In this document: positions 1 to 8,689 of the stretch, in pieces
How the letters are laid out: every line of letters begins with the position of its first letter
Position numbering within the stretch: position 1 is the first letter of the stretch
DNA from: Candidatus Latescibacterota bacterium
GTDB taxonomy: Bacteria > Latescibacterota > UBA2968 > GCA-2709665
Assembly: GCA_963667175.2 (NCBI GenBank)
Contig: CAXXXF010000015.1
Location: 416,001-480,000, forward strand
Direction: 5' to 3'
Length of the DNA stretch: 64,000 bases
Position numbers and translations under genes: made by a program
The notes under the pieces: model-generated
Databases searched by the model: none
The model's input: only the letters and a program-made list of their open reading frames with translations
Told to the model about the DNA's origin: nothing

Positions 1-576
1 GTCGTTCTGGCCGACGAAAGCGCCAACCCGAGACACGTCGCGGCCGACCTGTTGTCCCAGGCCGAGCACGGAAGCGGGTACGAGGCCGCCGTGTGCGTCA
101 CGCCATGCATCGACCTCGCCAGACGGGTCGCGGACGAAGTCGAACGGCAGGCCGCCCGCCTGGAACGCCGCGACGACGTCCGCAGGGCCCTCCGCAACTT
201 CGGCGCGGTGGTGGTGGTGAAAGACCTGGACGAGGGCATCGGGCTGGCCAATCGGATCGCCCCGGAACACCTGGAACTCCTGGTGCGCGACCCCTGGGCC
301 TGCCTGGACGGCGTCCGTCACGCGGGCGCGGTCTTTATGGGCGCCGCCTCGTCCGAACCCGTGGGCGATTATTACGCGGGCGTGAACCACATCCTGCCCA
401 CCGCCGGCGCCGCGCGCTTCGCCTCGCCCGTGGGCGTGGATACCTTTCTGAAGAGCGCGAGTATCGTCTCCTACACGGACAGGCGCCTGAAGAAGACGGC
501 GGGCGACATCATCGCCCTGGCCGAAGCCGAGGGACTGGGCGCGCACGCCAGCGCCATCCGCGTCCGGCAGGAATAA
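1..576 (+). CDS. hisD: Histidinol dehydrogenase, C-terminal part (5' end outside window)
   Basis: Frame open from base 1: VAADLLSQAEH, APEHLEL, GDYYAGVNHILPT motifs; directly followed by hisC. Confidence 0.95.
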   Translation, partial: VVLADESANPRHVAADLLSQAEHGSGYEAAVCVTPCIDLARRVADEVERQAARLERRDDVRRALRNFGAVVVVKDLDEGIGLANRIAPEHLELLVRDPWACLDGVRHAGAVFMGAASSEPVGDYYAGVNHILPTAGAARFASPVGVDTFLKSASIVSYTDRRLKKTAGDIIALAEAEGLGAHASAIRVRQE

Positions 577-579
577 CGC

Positions 580-1659
580 ATGATCGATCCACCCCTGCAG
601 CGCATCAAACCGGAAGTCCGTTCGGCGGACGGGTACCACCTGGCCCACCACGACTGTCCGGTAAAGTTGAATCAGAACGAAAGCCCGTTCGACGTTCCGG
701 ACGATCTGAAAGACGAGATCCTGGAAGCCGTCCGGCAACGGCCCTGGTTCCGCTACCCGCAGCCGATGGAGATGGACCTGGTGGAAGCCCTGGCCGGCTA
801 CGCCGGCTGGCGCCCGGACGGGCTGATCGTGTGCAACGGCTCCAACACCCTGGTGCAGCTGGTCCTGGCCGTCAGCACCTCCCCCGGCGCGGCCGTGGTG
901 GTCCCCTCCCCGGGTTTCTCGCTGTACGGGCTCTACGCCGGCTTTTTCGGGGGTCGGGTGATTCCGGCGGACCTCAGCGTGGACCATACGTTCGATCTCC
1001 CGGCGATCCGGGAGGCCGTCCGGCGGGAATCGGCAAACATGGTCGTTTTGGGCTCGCCCAACAACCCCACCGGCTGTGTCGTATCCAATGCGGACCTGGA
1101 AGCCCTGCTCGGTGAGACGGACGCGCTGGTGATGGTGGACGAAGCCTATGCCGAGTTCAGCGACGAGACCGCGCGGGACCTGATCGGGGAATACGCCAAC
1201 CTCATCGTGTTGAAGACCTTCTCGAAAGCCCTGGGCGCCGCCGGCATCCGCATCGGCTACCTGATGGCGCACCCGGACGTTGCGGGAGAGGTCCTGAAAG
1301 CCAAGGTCCCGTTCGACGTCAACGTGTTCTCCCATACCGCGGCGCTGCGCATTCTGAAACACGCTCGCCTGATCCGGGAACGCGTGGGGATGATCCGAAA
1401 CGAACGCGGGCGCGTGTTCGCGGCGCTGCGGAAAATCGACGGCGTACGCCCCTACCCGTCGCATGCCAACTTCATCCTCTTCGAAGTCCGCAACCCGGTC
1501 CGGGTCTTCGACGGGCTGATCGAACGAGGCATCCTCATCCGCAACGTGACCGCCTATCCGAGGCTGGAAAACGCCCTGCGCGTCAGCATTGGCACGGTTG
1601 AGGAAAACACCCTGTTTCTGAACGCGCTGGAACGGACACTCGACGATTCGCGAGTATAA
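580..1659 (+). CDS. hisC: Histidinol-phosphate aminotransferase
   Basis: KLNQNESP, SPNNPTG, VDEAYAEF, KTFSKALGAAGIRIGY PLP-lysine motif; his operon context. Confidence 0.93.
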   Translation: MIDPPLQRIKPEVRSADGYHLAHHDCPVKLNQNESPFDVPDDLKDEILEAVRQRPWFRYPQPMEMDLVEALAGYAGWRPDGLIVCNGSNTLVQLVLAVSTSPGAAVVVPSPGFSLYGLYAGFFGGRVIPADLSVDHTFDLPAIREAVRRESANMVVLGSPNNPTGCVVSNADLEALLGETDALVMVDEAYAEFSDETARDLIGEYANLIVLKTFSKALGAAGIRIGYLMAHPDVAGEVLKAKVPFDVNVFSHTAALRILKHARLIRERVGMIRNERGRVFAALRKIDGVRPYPSHANFILFEVRNPVRVFDGLIERGILIRNVTAYPRLENALRVSIGTVEENTLFLNALERTLDDSRV

Positions 1660-1738
1660 CGGGTAACCGGTTCAAACCATAAACAAGAACCAACCTCAAT
1701 TGGAAAAAAGACAACCGTTAGCACAAAAAGCACAAAAG

Positions 1739-1803
1739 GCCTGCCTGCAGCGCCTGTCTGCGTGCGTACACGCACAGGCAGGCAGGGCACTGCGCAGGCA
1801 GGC
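1739..1803. repeat. Nested CCTGCCTGC...GCAGGCAGG palindromic (REP-like) element
   Basis: GCCTGCCTGC at 1739 and GCAGGCAGGC ending at 1803 enclose GCCTGTCTGCGTGCGTACACGCACAGGCAGGCAG; near-identical reverse-complement copy at 26579-26610. Confidence 0.7.
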
Positions 1804-1907
1804 ACAAAGGGGATCGCTACGAACCGGCGTGTGTCGTAAAGCCGTGGCCCCGCAGGTATCTCCTTCTCTTTCGGTTATTCACCCTTTTACAGGATAGGGC
1901 AACCCCC

Positions 1908-2501
1908 ATGCCGGTCCTTCGCACCGCCCGCGTCCAACGCAAGACGTCTGAAACCGACGTCGACCTCACGCTGAACCTGGACGGTTCGGGCGACGGCCGG
2001 CTGGAAACGGGCATCGGCTTTTTCGACCACATGCTCAACGCCTTCGCCCGGCACGGCGGATTCGACCTGGACGTGGCCTGCCGGGGCGACCTGGACGTGG
2101 ACGCGCACCATACCGTTGAAGACGTGGGCATCTGTCTCGGCCGGGCGTTTTCGGATGCGCTGGGCGACAAGGCCGGCATCACGCGTTTCGGACACAGTTT
2201 CGTGCCCATGGACGAAGCCCTGGCGCGCGCGGCCGTCGACCTTTCGGGGCGGCCCTTCCTGGTCTACAATGCCGATCTGCCCGACGAGATGGTCGGCGCG
2301 TATCCGACGGCGATGAGCCCGGAGTTCTTCCGGTCCCTCGCGGACCACGGGCGCCTGAACGCGCACGTCGACCTGATCCGCGGGACAAATGCCCACCACG
2401 CCACCGAAGCCGTCTTCAAGGCCGTCGGCCGGGCGCTCCGCCAGGCCTGCGCGCAGGACCCCGGCGTTGTGGGAATTCCTTCGACCAAGGGCGTGCTGTA
2501 G
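1908..2501 (+). CDS. hisB: Imidazoleglycerol-phosphate dehydratase
   Basis: TGIGFFDHML, DAHHTVEDVGI, PMDEAL, NAHHATEAVFKA, PSTKGVL. Confidence 0.96.
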   Translation: MPVLRTARVQRKTSETDVDLTLNLDGSGDGRLETGIGFFDHMLNAFARHGGFDLDVACRGDLDVDAHHTVEDVGICLGRAFSDALGDKAGITRFGHSFVPMDEALARAAVDLSGRPFLVYNADLPDEMVGAYPTAMSPEFFRSLADHGRLNAHVDLIRGTNAHHATEAVFKAVGRALRQACAQDPGVVGIPSTKGVL

Positions 2502-2527
2502 GTCCGCCCGCCCGAACCGGGTTCCGC

Positions 2528-3133
2528 ATGACTGTTGACAGGGCGTCGCCCGCGACCTCCCGATTCGATCCGGATTCCGCGGGCAGGAAGGTCATTACGC
2601 TGGAACAGGCCCGGCGGGTCCGGCGGCGCCTGAGACAGAACCGCGCCTCGCTGGTTTTCACGAACGGGTGCTTCGACCTGATCCATCCCGGCCACGTCGC
2701 CTACCTGCAGCGGGCCCGCTCGCTGGGCGATGCGCTCCTCCTGGGCCTCAACAGCGACGATTCCGTGCGGCGCATCAAGGGCCGGGGCCGTCCGATTCTC
2801 TCGGTCGAGGAACGTGCCGCCGTGCTGGCGGGCCTGGAAGCCGTGGACTACATCTGCGTGTTCGAAGAGGATACCCCGCACACGATCGTCCGGGAACTCC
2901 TGCCCGACGTCCTCGTCAAGGGCGGGGACTATTCGCCGGACCGGATCGTCGCCCGCGAGGTGGTCGAAGACGCCGGGGGGCGCGCGGCCATTGTGTCCAC
3001 CGCGTTCGACACCTCCACTTCGTCCATCATCAGACGCGTCGTGGAGGCCGTGGGAACCTCTCCCTCCCGGGCCGGACAACAATCATCTCACACAAAGACA
3101 CGAAGACACAAAGGAAACCCGGAAACGACCTGA
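2528..3133 (+). CDS. rfaE2: D-glycero-beta-D-manno-heptose 1-phosphate adenylyltransferase (RfaE/HldE domain II)
   Basis: FTNGCFDLIHPGH, GLNSDDSVRRIKG.GRPI, VLVKGGDY, STSSII. Confidence 0.88.
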   Translation: MTVDRASPATSRFDPDSAGRKVITLEQARRVRRRLRQNRASLVFTNGCFDLIHPGHVAYLQRARSLGDALLLGLNSDDSVRRIKGRGRPILSVEERAAVLAGLEAVDYICVFEEDTPHTIVRELLPDVLVKGGDYSPDRIVAREVVEDAGGRAAIVSTAFDTSTSSIIRRVVEAVGTSPSRAGQQSSHTKTRRHKGNPETT

Positions 3134-3226
3134 AGGCGGGCATTCTGACAAGCTTACTTCGGCAAGCTCAATGCAAGCGGCACAGGCAATGACCAGGTTT
3201 CTCCTGACGGTTCACCCGGGCTCGCC

Positions 3227-4336
3227 ATGAAAATCCTCCACACCATCTACGACGACGTGGAGAATCCCTGGTGCGGAGGCGGCGGCGCGGTGCGGGCCGT
3301 GGAAATCAACCGCCGCCTGGCCGCCAGACACGACGTCACGCTCCTGACGGGAAACTTTCCAGGGGCCGCGCGGGAGGAAGACCGTGACGGGTTCCGGTTA
3401 CGCCGGGTGGGGACGAGCCGGAACTATTGGCTCAGCCGCCTGAGCTTTTCGGCGCTGGCGTCCCGGGCGCTGGCGTCCCGGCCCTTCGACCTCTGGGTGT
3501 ACGACTTTTCCGCGTTCTCGCCCGTCTGCGCCCTTCCCTCCCGTCAGGCGCGGTCGGTGATGGTCTTTCACCATCCCGTATCCGACCACGCCACGCGGAA
3601 ATTTCCCGGCATCGGCATGGCCGCCGCCGCCGCCGAAGGCCTCCACGTCCGGCTGCACCGCCGGATCATCGCGGTTTCCCCAAGTACGGCCCTGCACCTG
3701 GAGAGGCGCGCGCGCCGGAACACGCCCGTCCATACCATCTGCAACGGGGTGCATCATCCGGAAGCGAGGGAGACGCGCGAAGAGGACTATATCCTCTATT
3801 TCGGACGGCTGGATATCTACAATAAGGGCATCGACGTCCTGCTTTCCGCGTTCGCCAGGCTCACACCGGGGCATCCGGACGTCCGCCTGGTCCTGGCGGG
3901 ACGCGGTACCGAGGGGCGCCGGGCCGAACTGGCGGCCATCTCCCGGTCTCTCGGCGTCTCGGACCGCGTGGAGCTGACGGGGCCGGTCCCGGAAGCGGAA
4001 AAATGGAACCTCTACGGCGGCGCGTTGTTCACCTGTCAACCCTCCCGTTACGAAGGCTGGGGCATCGCCGCCATCGAGTCCGGCGCCGCGGGGAAAGCGG
4101 TGATCGGCACGAAGATCCCGGGGCTCGTCGACGCCATCCGACACGGTCGGACCGGCGTACTCGTGCCCGCGGAGGACCCGGACGCCCTCGCGGAGGCCAT
4201 GACTCACCTCCTCGAAAACCCCCGGCGACGCGCGGACCTGGGCCGCAACGGCAGAGCATGGGCCGCCAACTTTTCCTGGGACCGGATCGCCGCCGAACAG
4301 GAGCGGGTCTACGTGCGGTCTCTCCGGGAGCAATGA
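3227..4336 (+). CDS. Glycosyltransferase family 4
   Basis: YFGRLDIYNKG, PSRYEGWGIAAIES, TGVLVP, FSWD motifs of GT-B/GT4. Confidence 0.9.
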   Translation: MKILHTIYDDVENPWCGGGGAVRAVEINRRLAARHDVTLLTGNFPGAAREEDRDGFRLRRVGTSRNYWLSRLSFSALASRALASRPFDLWVYDFSAFSPVCALPSRQARSVMVFHHPVSDHATRKFPGIGMAAAAAEGLHVRLHRRIIAVSPSTALHLERRARRNTPVHTICNGVHHPEARETREEDYILYFGRLDIYNKGIDVLLSAFARLTPGHPDVRLVLAGRGTEGRRAELAAISRSLGVSDRVELTGPVPEAEKWNLYGGALFTCQPSRYEGWGIAAIESGAAGKAVIGTKIPGLVDAIRHGRTGVLVPAEDPDALAEAMTHLLENPRRRADLGRNGRAWAANFSWDRIAAEQERVYVRSLREQ

Positions 4337-4367
4337 GAAGGGCAGGCAGGATTCCGATGACGCAACC

Positions 4368-4396
4368 GTAGGGGCAGGTTTAAAACCTGCCCCTAC
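4368..4396. repeat. GTAGGGGC-type REP-like palindrome
   Basis: Perfect hairpin GTAGGGGCAGGTTT-A-AAACCTGCCCCTAC; relatives at 16483 and 57812. Confidence 0.75.
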
Positions 4397-4442
4397 ATCC
4401 CAGTTCCACCTTCACGACTGAATTCGCCGGGTTCACACGCAC

Positions 4443-5639
4443 ATGACCACCGAATACTCAACTGACGTCTGCATTGTCGGCGGGGCCGGGCGCGTGGGCC
4501 TGCCCCTGGCGCTGACCTTCGCCGACGTGGGCTTTCGCGTTGTCGTCTGCGACGTCAACGAGGCATCCCTGAGGATGATCCGCGACGGGCAGATGCCGTT
4601 CGCCGAAAAGGGCGCCGGCGATCTGCTCGCCCGGGCGCTCGCGGAAGGCCGGCTGGGTGTGTCGTCGGAACCGGCGTCCGCGGCCGACGCGGCCACCGTG
4701 ATCGTGACCATCGGCACGCCCGCGGACGAGTTGGAGAAACCGATTCTCTCCACCTTCAAGAGCCTCGCGGACGACTTGCTTCCGCACCTGTCGGACGATC
4801 AGCTCGTCGTCCTTCGGTCCACGGTTTCCCCCGGAACCACGGACTGGCTGTACGACTACCTGCGCGCCAACGGCAGAAATCCGAGGGTTTCCTTCTGCCC
4901 CGAACGCATCGTCCAGGGCAAGGCCATCGAAGAAATCCGGTTGCTGACCCAGATCGTCAGCGGTACCACGCCGGAAGCGGAATGGAAAGCGGCGGCCCTC
5001 TTCGAGCGGATCTCCCCCCGGATCGTCCGCCTGACGCCCATCGAAGCCGAATTCGCGAAGCTGTTCAGCAACGCGTACCGGTACATTCAGTTCGCAACCG
5101 CGAACCAGTTCCATATGATCGCGAACGCCGCGGGCGTGGACTACAGCCGGGTGCTCGAAGGCATGAAAAGAGACTATCCCCGGGCGCGGGACATCCCCCC
5201 GGCGGGGTTCGCGGCGGGCCCGTGCCTGCTGAAGGACACCATGCAGCTGGCCGCGTTCGCCAGCGACGGTTTCACGTTGGGACAGGCGGCCATGAACGTC
5301 AACCAGGGCCTGGTGAACCACCTCGTCGAGGAGGCGCGGAACCGTTACGGAGACCTGAGCCGCCTCCGCGTCGGCCTGCTTGGCATGGCCTTCAAGGCGG
5401 ACAGCGACGACGTCCGGTTTTCGCTGAGCTACAAATTAAAGGACGTCCTGGCCTTCCGCGCCAGGGAGGTGCTGACCACGGACCCGTACGTGACCTCGGA
5501 CCCGAACCTTCTGCCCATCCGGGAAGTGCTGGAAAGAAGCGATCTGCTGGTCCTCTGCGTGCCGCACAGCGCGTACCGGCGCCTGGACCTCAAAAACAAG
5601 CCGGTCCTGGACGTCTGGGGGTTTCTGAACCTTGAGTAA
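4443..5639 (+). CDS. Nucleotide-sugar dehydrogenase (UDP-glucose/UDP-ManNAc dehydrogenase family)
   Basis: GGAGRVGLP, LRSTVSPGTT, CPERIVQG, AEFAKL, GPCL, GMAFKADSDD. Confidence 0.9.
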   Translation: MTTEYSTDVCIVGGAGRVGLPLALTFADVGFRVVVCDVNEASLRMIRDGQMPFAEKGAGDLLARALAEGRLGVSSEPASAADAATVIVTIGTPADELEKPILSTFKSLADDLLPHLSDDQLVVLRSTVSPGTTDWLYDYLRANGRNPRVSFCPERIVQGKAIEEIRLLTQIVSGTTPEAEWKAAALFERISPRIVRLTPIEAEFAKLFSNAYRYIQFATANQFHMIANAAGVDYSRVLEGMKRDYPRARDIPPAGFAAGPCLLKDTMQLAAFASDGFTLGQAAMNVNQGLVNHLVEEARNRYGDLSRLRVGLLGMAFKADSDDVRFSLSYKLKDVLAFRAREVLTTDPYVTSDPNLLPIREVLERSDLLVLCVPHSAYRRLDLKNKPVLDVWGFLNLE

Positions 5640-6600
5640 GCTCTACCTGGTCACGGGCGGCGCGGGATTCATCGGCTCTTCTCTGGTACGGCGCCTGCTC
5701 CAGGACGGCCACAACGTCCGGGTTCTCGACAACCAGTCCAGGGGGCGCGTCGACCGTCTGGCGGACCTCCGGGACCACGTGGAATTCATCGCGGCGGACG
5801 TTCGGGACGCGGATGCCGTTCGTCAGGCCGCGCGGGGCGTGGACAGCCTGTGCCACCTGGCCTCGGTCAACGGCACCGAATGGTTCTACAGCAAGCCGGA
5901 AGTCGTCCTCGACGTGGGCGTGAAGGGAATTGTGAATACCATCGACGCATGCCTGGAACACAACGTTCCGGAATTCGTCCTGGCTTCCAGTTCCGAGGTG
6001 TACCAGACGCCCCCTGCCGTTCCCACGGACGAGACCGCGCCCCTGTCCGTTCCCGACCCGCTGAACCCCCGGTTTTCCTACGGCGGCGCCAAGATCGTCA
6101 GCGAACTCATCGCCTTGAATTACGGCCGCCGCCACCTGGAGCGCGTGCTGGTGTTTCGCCCGCACAACGTGTACGGACCCGACATGGGCCGGGAGCACGT
6201 GATCCCGCAGTTCATTCTCCGGGCCGGCGCCCTCGCGGCGGAACGCCCGGAAGGCGTGATCCGGTTTCCGATACAGGGCGACGGTTCGCAGACCCGCGTC
6301 TTCGTCCACGTCGACGATTTCACCGACGGGCTGGCCGCCATCCTGGAAAAGGGCGCCCACCTCAACGTCTACCACGTCGGCAGCGACAACGAAGTCACCA
6401 TCCGGCGGCTGGCCGAGCTGATTTTCAGCCACCTCGGCCGGGAGTTCGAAATCGTCTCCGGGCCGGCGCCGGAGGGCAGTCCACAGAGAAGGCGCCCCGA
6501 TATCCGCAAACTCAGGGCCCTCGGGTACCGGCCCCGCGTTACACTCCGCGACGGGCTGGCCGGCGTCATCGACTGGTACCTGGAGACCCCGCCCAGTTGA
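5632..6600 (+). CDS. NAD-dependent epimerase/dehydratase (extended SDR)
   Basis: VTGGAGFIGS, ASSSEVY, YGGAK, RPHNVYGP; overlaps the upstream stop codon. Confidence 0.9.
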   Translation: MSKLYLVTGGAGFIGSSLVRRLLQDGHNVRVLDNQSRGRVDRLADLRDHVEFIAADVRDADAVRQAARGVDSLCHLASVNGTEWFYSKPEVVLDVGVKGIVNTIDACLEHNVPEFVLASSSEVYQTPPAVPTDETAPLSVPDPLNPRFSYGGAKIVSELIALNYGRRHLERVLVFRPHNVYGPDMGREHVIPQFILRAGALAAERPEGVIRFPIQGDGSQTRVFVHVDDFTDGLAAILEKGAHLNVYHVGSDNEVTIRRLAELIFSHLGREFEIVSGPAPEGSPQRRRPDIRKLRALGYRPRVTLRDGLAGVIDWYLETPPS

Positions 6601-6602
6601 GC

Positions 6603-7871
6603 ATGATCCAAGGAGCAGGCGTGCCGCCCGCGACCTCAAGAAACATCGCGCGATGCCAGATCAGCAACTCCGCGAACCTTGAATCCGTACTCTTTCTGGG
6701 CTTCGTCCCGCCGGTGAACGACATGCAACCGGTCGGCGGACGGCCCGAAGCGCGTTCGATGTACCCCCTGGAACTGCTCTATTGCCCGGATTCGCACCTG
6801 GTGCAGATCGGCTGCGAGGTGGACCCGGAAATCCTGTTTCCGCCGGAATATCCCTACACCAGCGGCGCCACGCGCATTCTCCGTGACAATTTCGCGGACC
6901 TGTACAAGCAGTGCCGGGAACGACTCGGCATCGACGCGTCCTCATTTGTCATCGACGTCGGCTCCAACGACGGGACGCTGCTGGCGAACTTCAGGGACGG
7001 GGGCTGCCGGGTTCTGGGCATCGAGCCCACGGACCGGGCCCGGCTTGCGGACGAGAGAGGCGTCCGCAGCCTCCGGACGTTCTTCTCGAGGGAAACCGCG
7101 CGGGCCGTGTCCGGGAGGTATGGCGCCGCCGACCTCGTGACCGCAACCAACGTGTTCGCGCACATGCCCCGGGTCGACGAGGTCGTCGCCGGGATTCTGG
7201 ACGTCCTGGACGACAGGGGCGTTTTCGTCTCCGAGTCCCACTACCTGCTGGACCTGATCACGACTCTGCAATTCGATACGGTCTATCACGAGCACCTCAG
7301 GTACTACTCGCTGCACAGCCTGCAGTACCTCTTGGAAAAACACGGGCTGGAGATGTTCCACGTCAAGCGCATCCCCACGCACGGGGGCTCCATCCGTGTC
7401 TTCGCCGCGCGGAAGGGACAATACCGCGTGGAACCGTCCGTCCCGTGTCAACTGGAGACCGAAAGACGGGCCGGCCTGCTCGACCCTGAGACGTACCGGC
7501 GCTTCGCCGCGGACGTCATGCGGAGCAAACTCGACCTCATGGGCCTGCTCCGGGACGTCAAGGCCGGCGGGGGCCGCATCTACGGCATCGGCGCTCCCTC
7601 CCGCGCCAGCACCCTCATCGCGTATACCGGTCTCGATCACGAACTTGTCGACTGCGTCATGGAAATCCGGGGCTCGTACAAAATCGGGAAATACATGCCG
7701 GGCACCCGGATCCCCGTGCTCGAAGAGTCCGCACTGTTCAGCGACCAGCCCGAATACGCGCTGCTCTTCTCCTGGCATATCGCCGCGGAACTCATGCCCA
7801 AACTCACCCGCAAGGGGTACCGCGGCGAGTACATCATCCCGCTTCCGTCGCCCGAAATTGCGGCGGGATGA
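6603..7871 (+). CDS. NDP-sugar C-methyltransferase family (class I SAM-dependent)
   Basis: DVGSNDGTLL, ATNVFAH, FDTVYHEHLRYYS, THGGSIR; ATG 6603 just after the epimerase stop (ORF-track start at 5850 overlaps the epimerase). Confidence 0.88.
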   Translation: MIQGAGVPPATSRNIARCQISNSANLESVLFLGFVPPVNDMQPVGGRPEARSMYPLELLYCPDSHLVQIGCEVDPEILFPPEYPYTSGATRILRDNFADLYKQCRERLGIDASSFVIDVGSNDGTLLANFRDGGCRVLGIEPTDRARLADERGVRSLRTFFSRETARAVSGRYGAADLVTATNVFAHMPRVDEVVAGILDVLDDRGVFVSESHYLLDLITTLQFDTVYHEHLRYYSLHSLQYLLEKHGLEMFHVKRIPTHGGSIRVFAARKGQYRVEPSVPCQLETERRAGLLDPETYRRFAADVMRSKLDLMGLLRDVKAGGGRIYGIGAPSRASTLIAYTGLDHELVDCVMEIRGSYKIGKYMPGTRIPVLEESALFSDQPEYALLFSWHIAAELMPKLTRKGYRGEYIIPLPSPEIAAG

Positions 7872-8662
7872 AGCGCGTTTCCGTGCTCGTACCCAAAGCG
7901 TGGACCCGGACCATGCCCGATCTCGACGTCGTCATCCCCGTGTACAATGAGGGCGCCAACATCCTGAACGTCCTGAACGCGCTGTGCGATTCCACGAAAA
8001 CGTCCTTTCGGGTGCTGATCTGTTACGACGACGACGACGACGACACCCTTCAGGCCCTGAAGGACTTCCAGACTCCCCGGTGCGAGATCGTAAGCGTGCG
8101 GAACCGGGGGACGGGGGCGCACGGGGCCGTCGTGACGGGTTTCCGTGAAGGCGATGCGCCCGCGGCGATCATGTGGCCGGCCGACGACACCTTCAATGCC
8201 GGCATTATCGATGCGATGGTTCGGGAATACCGGAACGGCTGCCACGTCGTCTCCGCCAGCCGGTTTATCGAGGGCGGTTGCATGGTGGGCGCGCCCTGGC
8301 TGAAATCTCTGCTTGTCAGAAGTTCCGCCTTTACCCTTTATTACCTCGCGCGGTTACCCGCCCGGGACGCCAGCAACGGGCTGCGCCTGTTCTCCCGGCG
8401 TCTCCTGGACCGCACCAGGATCGAGTCCTCGGCCGGCTTTGCGTACGGCATCGAACTGCTGGTCAAATGTCACCGGCTCGGCTGGAAGATCGCCGAGGTC
8501 CCCGCGGTATGGTACGAACGGACGACCGGCAGGAGCCGTTTCAGGGTCATCCGCTGGCTTCCGGAATACCTGCGCTGGTATTTCTACGCCTTTGCGACCA
8601 CGTACCTGCGCCGGGGCCCTGAATCCGTCCCCGGAAACGACGGACGCGATCGCCCGACCTGA
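7868..8662 (+). CDS. GT2 glycosyltransferase, polyprenol-phosphate glycosyltransferase (DPM1-like)
   Basis: VVIPVYNEGANI, SASRFIEGG, DASNGLR, IAEVPAVWYERTTGRS; alternative start ATG 7913. Confidence 0.85.
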   Translation: MKRVSVLVPKAWTRTMPDLDVVIPVYNEGANILNVLNALCDSTKTSFRVLICYDDDDDDTLQALKDFQTPRCEIVSVRNRGTGAHGAVVTGFREGDAPAAIMWPADDTFNAGIIDAMVREYRNGCHVVSASRFIEGGCMVGAPWLKSLLVRSSAFTLYYLARLPARDASNGLRLFSRRLLDRTRIESSAGFAYGIELLVKCHRLGWKIAEVPAVWYERTTGRSRFRVIRWLPEYLRWYFYAFATTYLRRGPESVPGNDGRDRPT

Positions 8663-8689
8663 ATCTTTGCAGCCCGTTGGAGACGAATT

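Noticed and set aside
5850-6602. N-terminal extension of the 673-aa ORF
   Set aside because: Overlaps the epimerase in another frame; recognisable methyltransferase sequence begins at ATG 6603.
8026-8045. (GAC)n run encoding poly-Asp in the GT2 gene
   Set aside because: Short, in-frame and at the usual acidic motif of GT2 enzymes.
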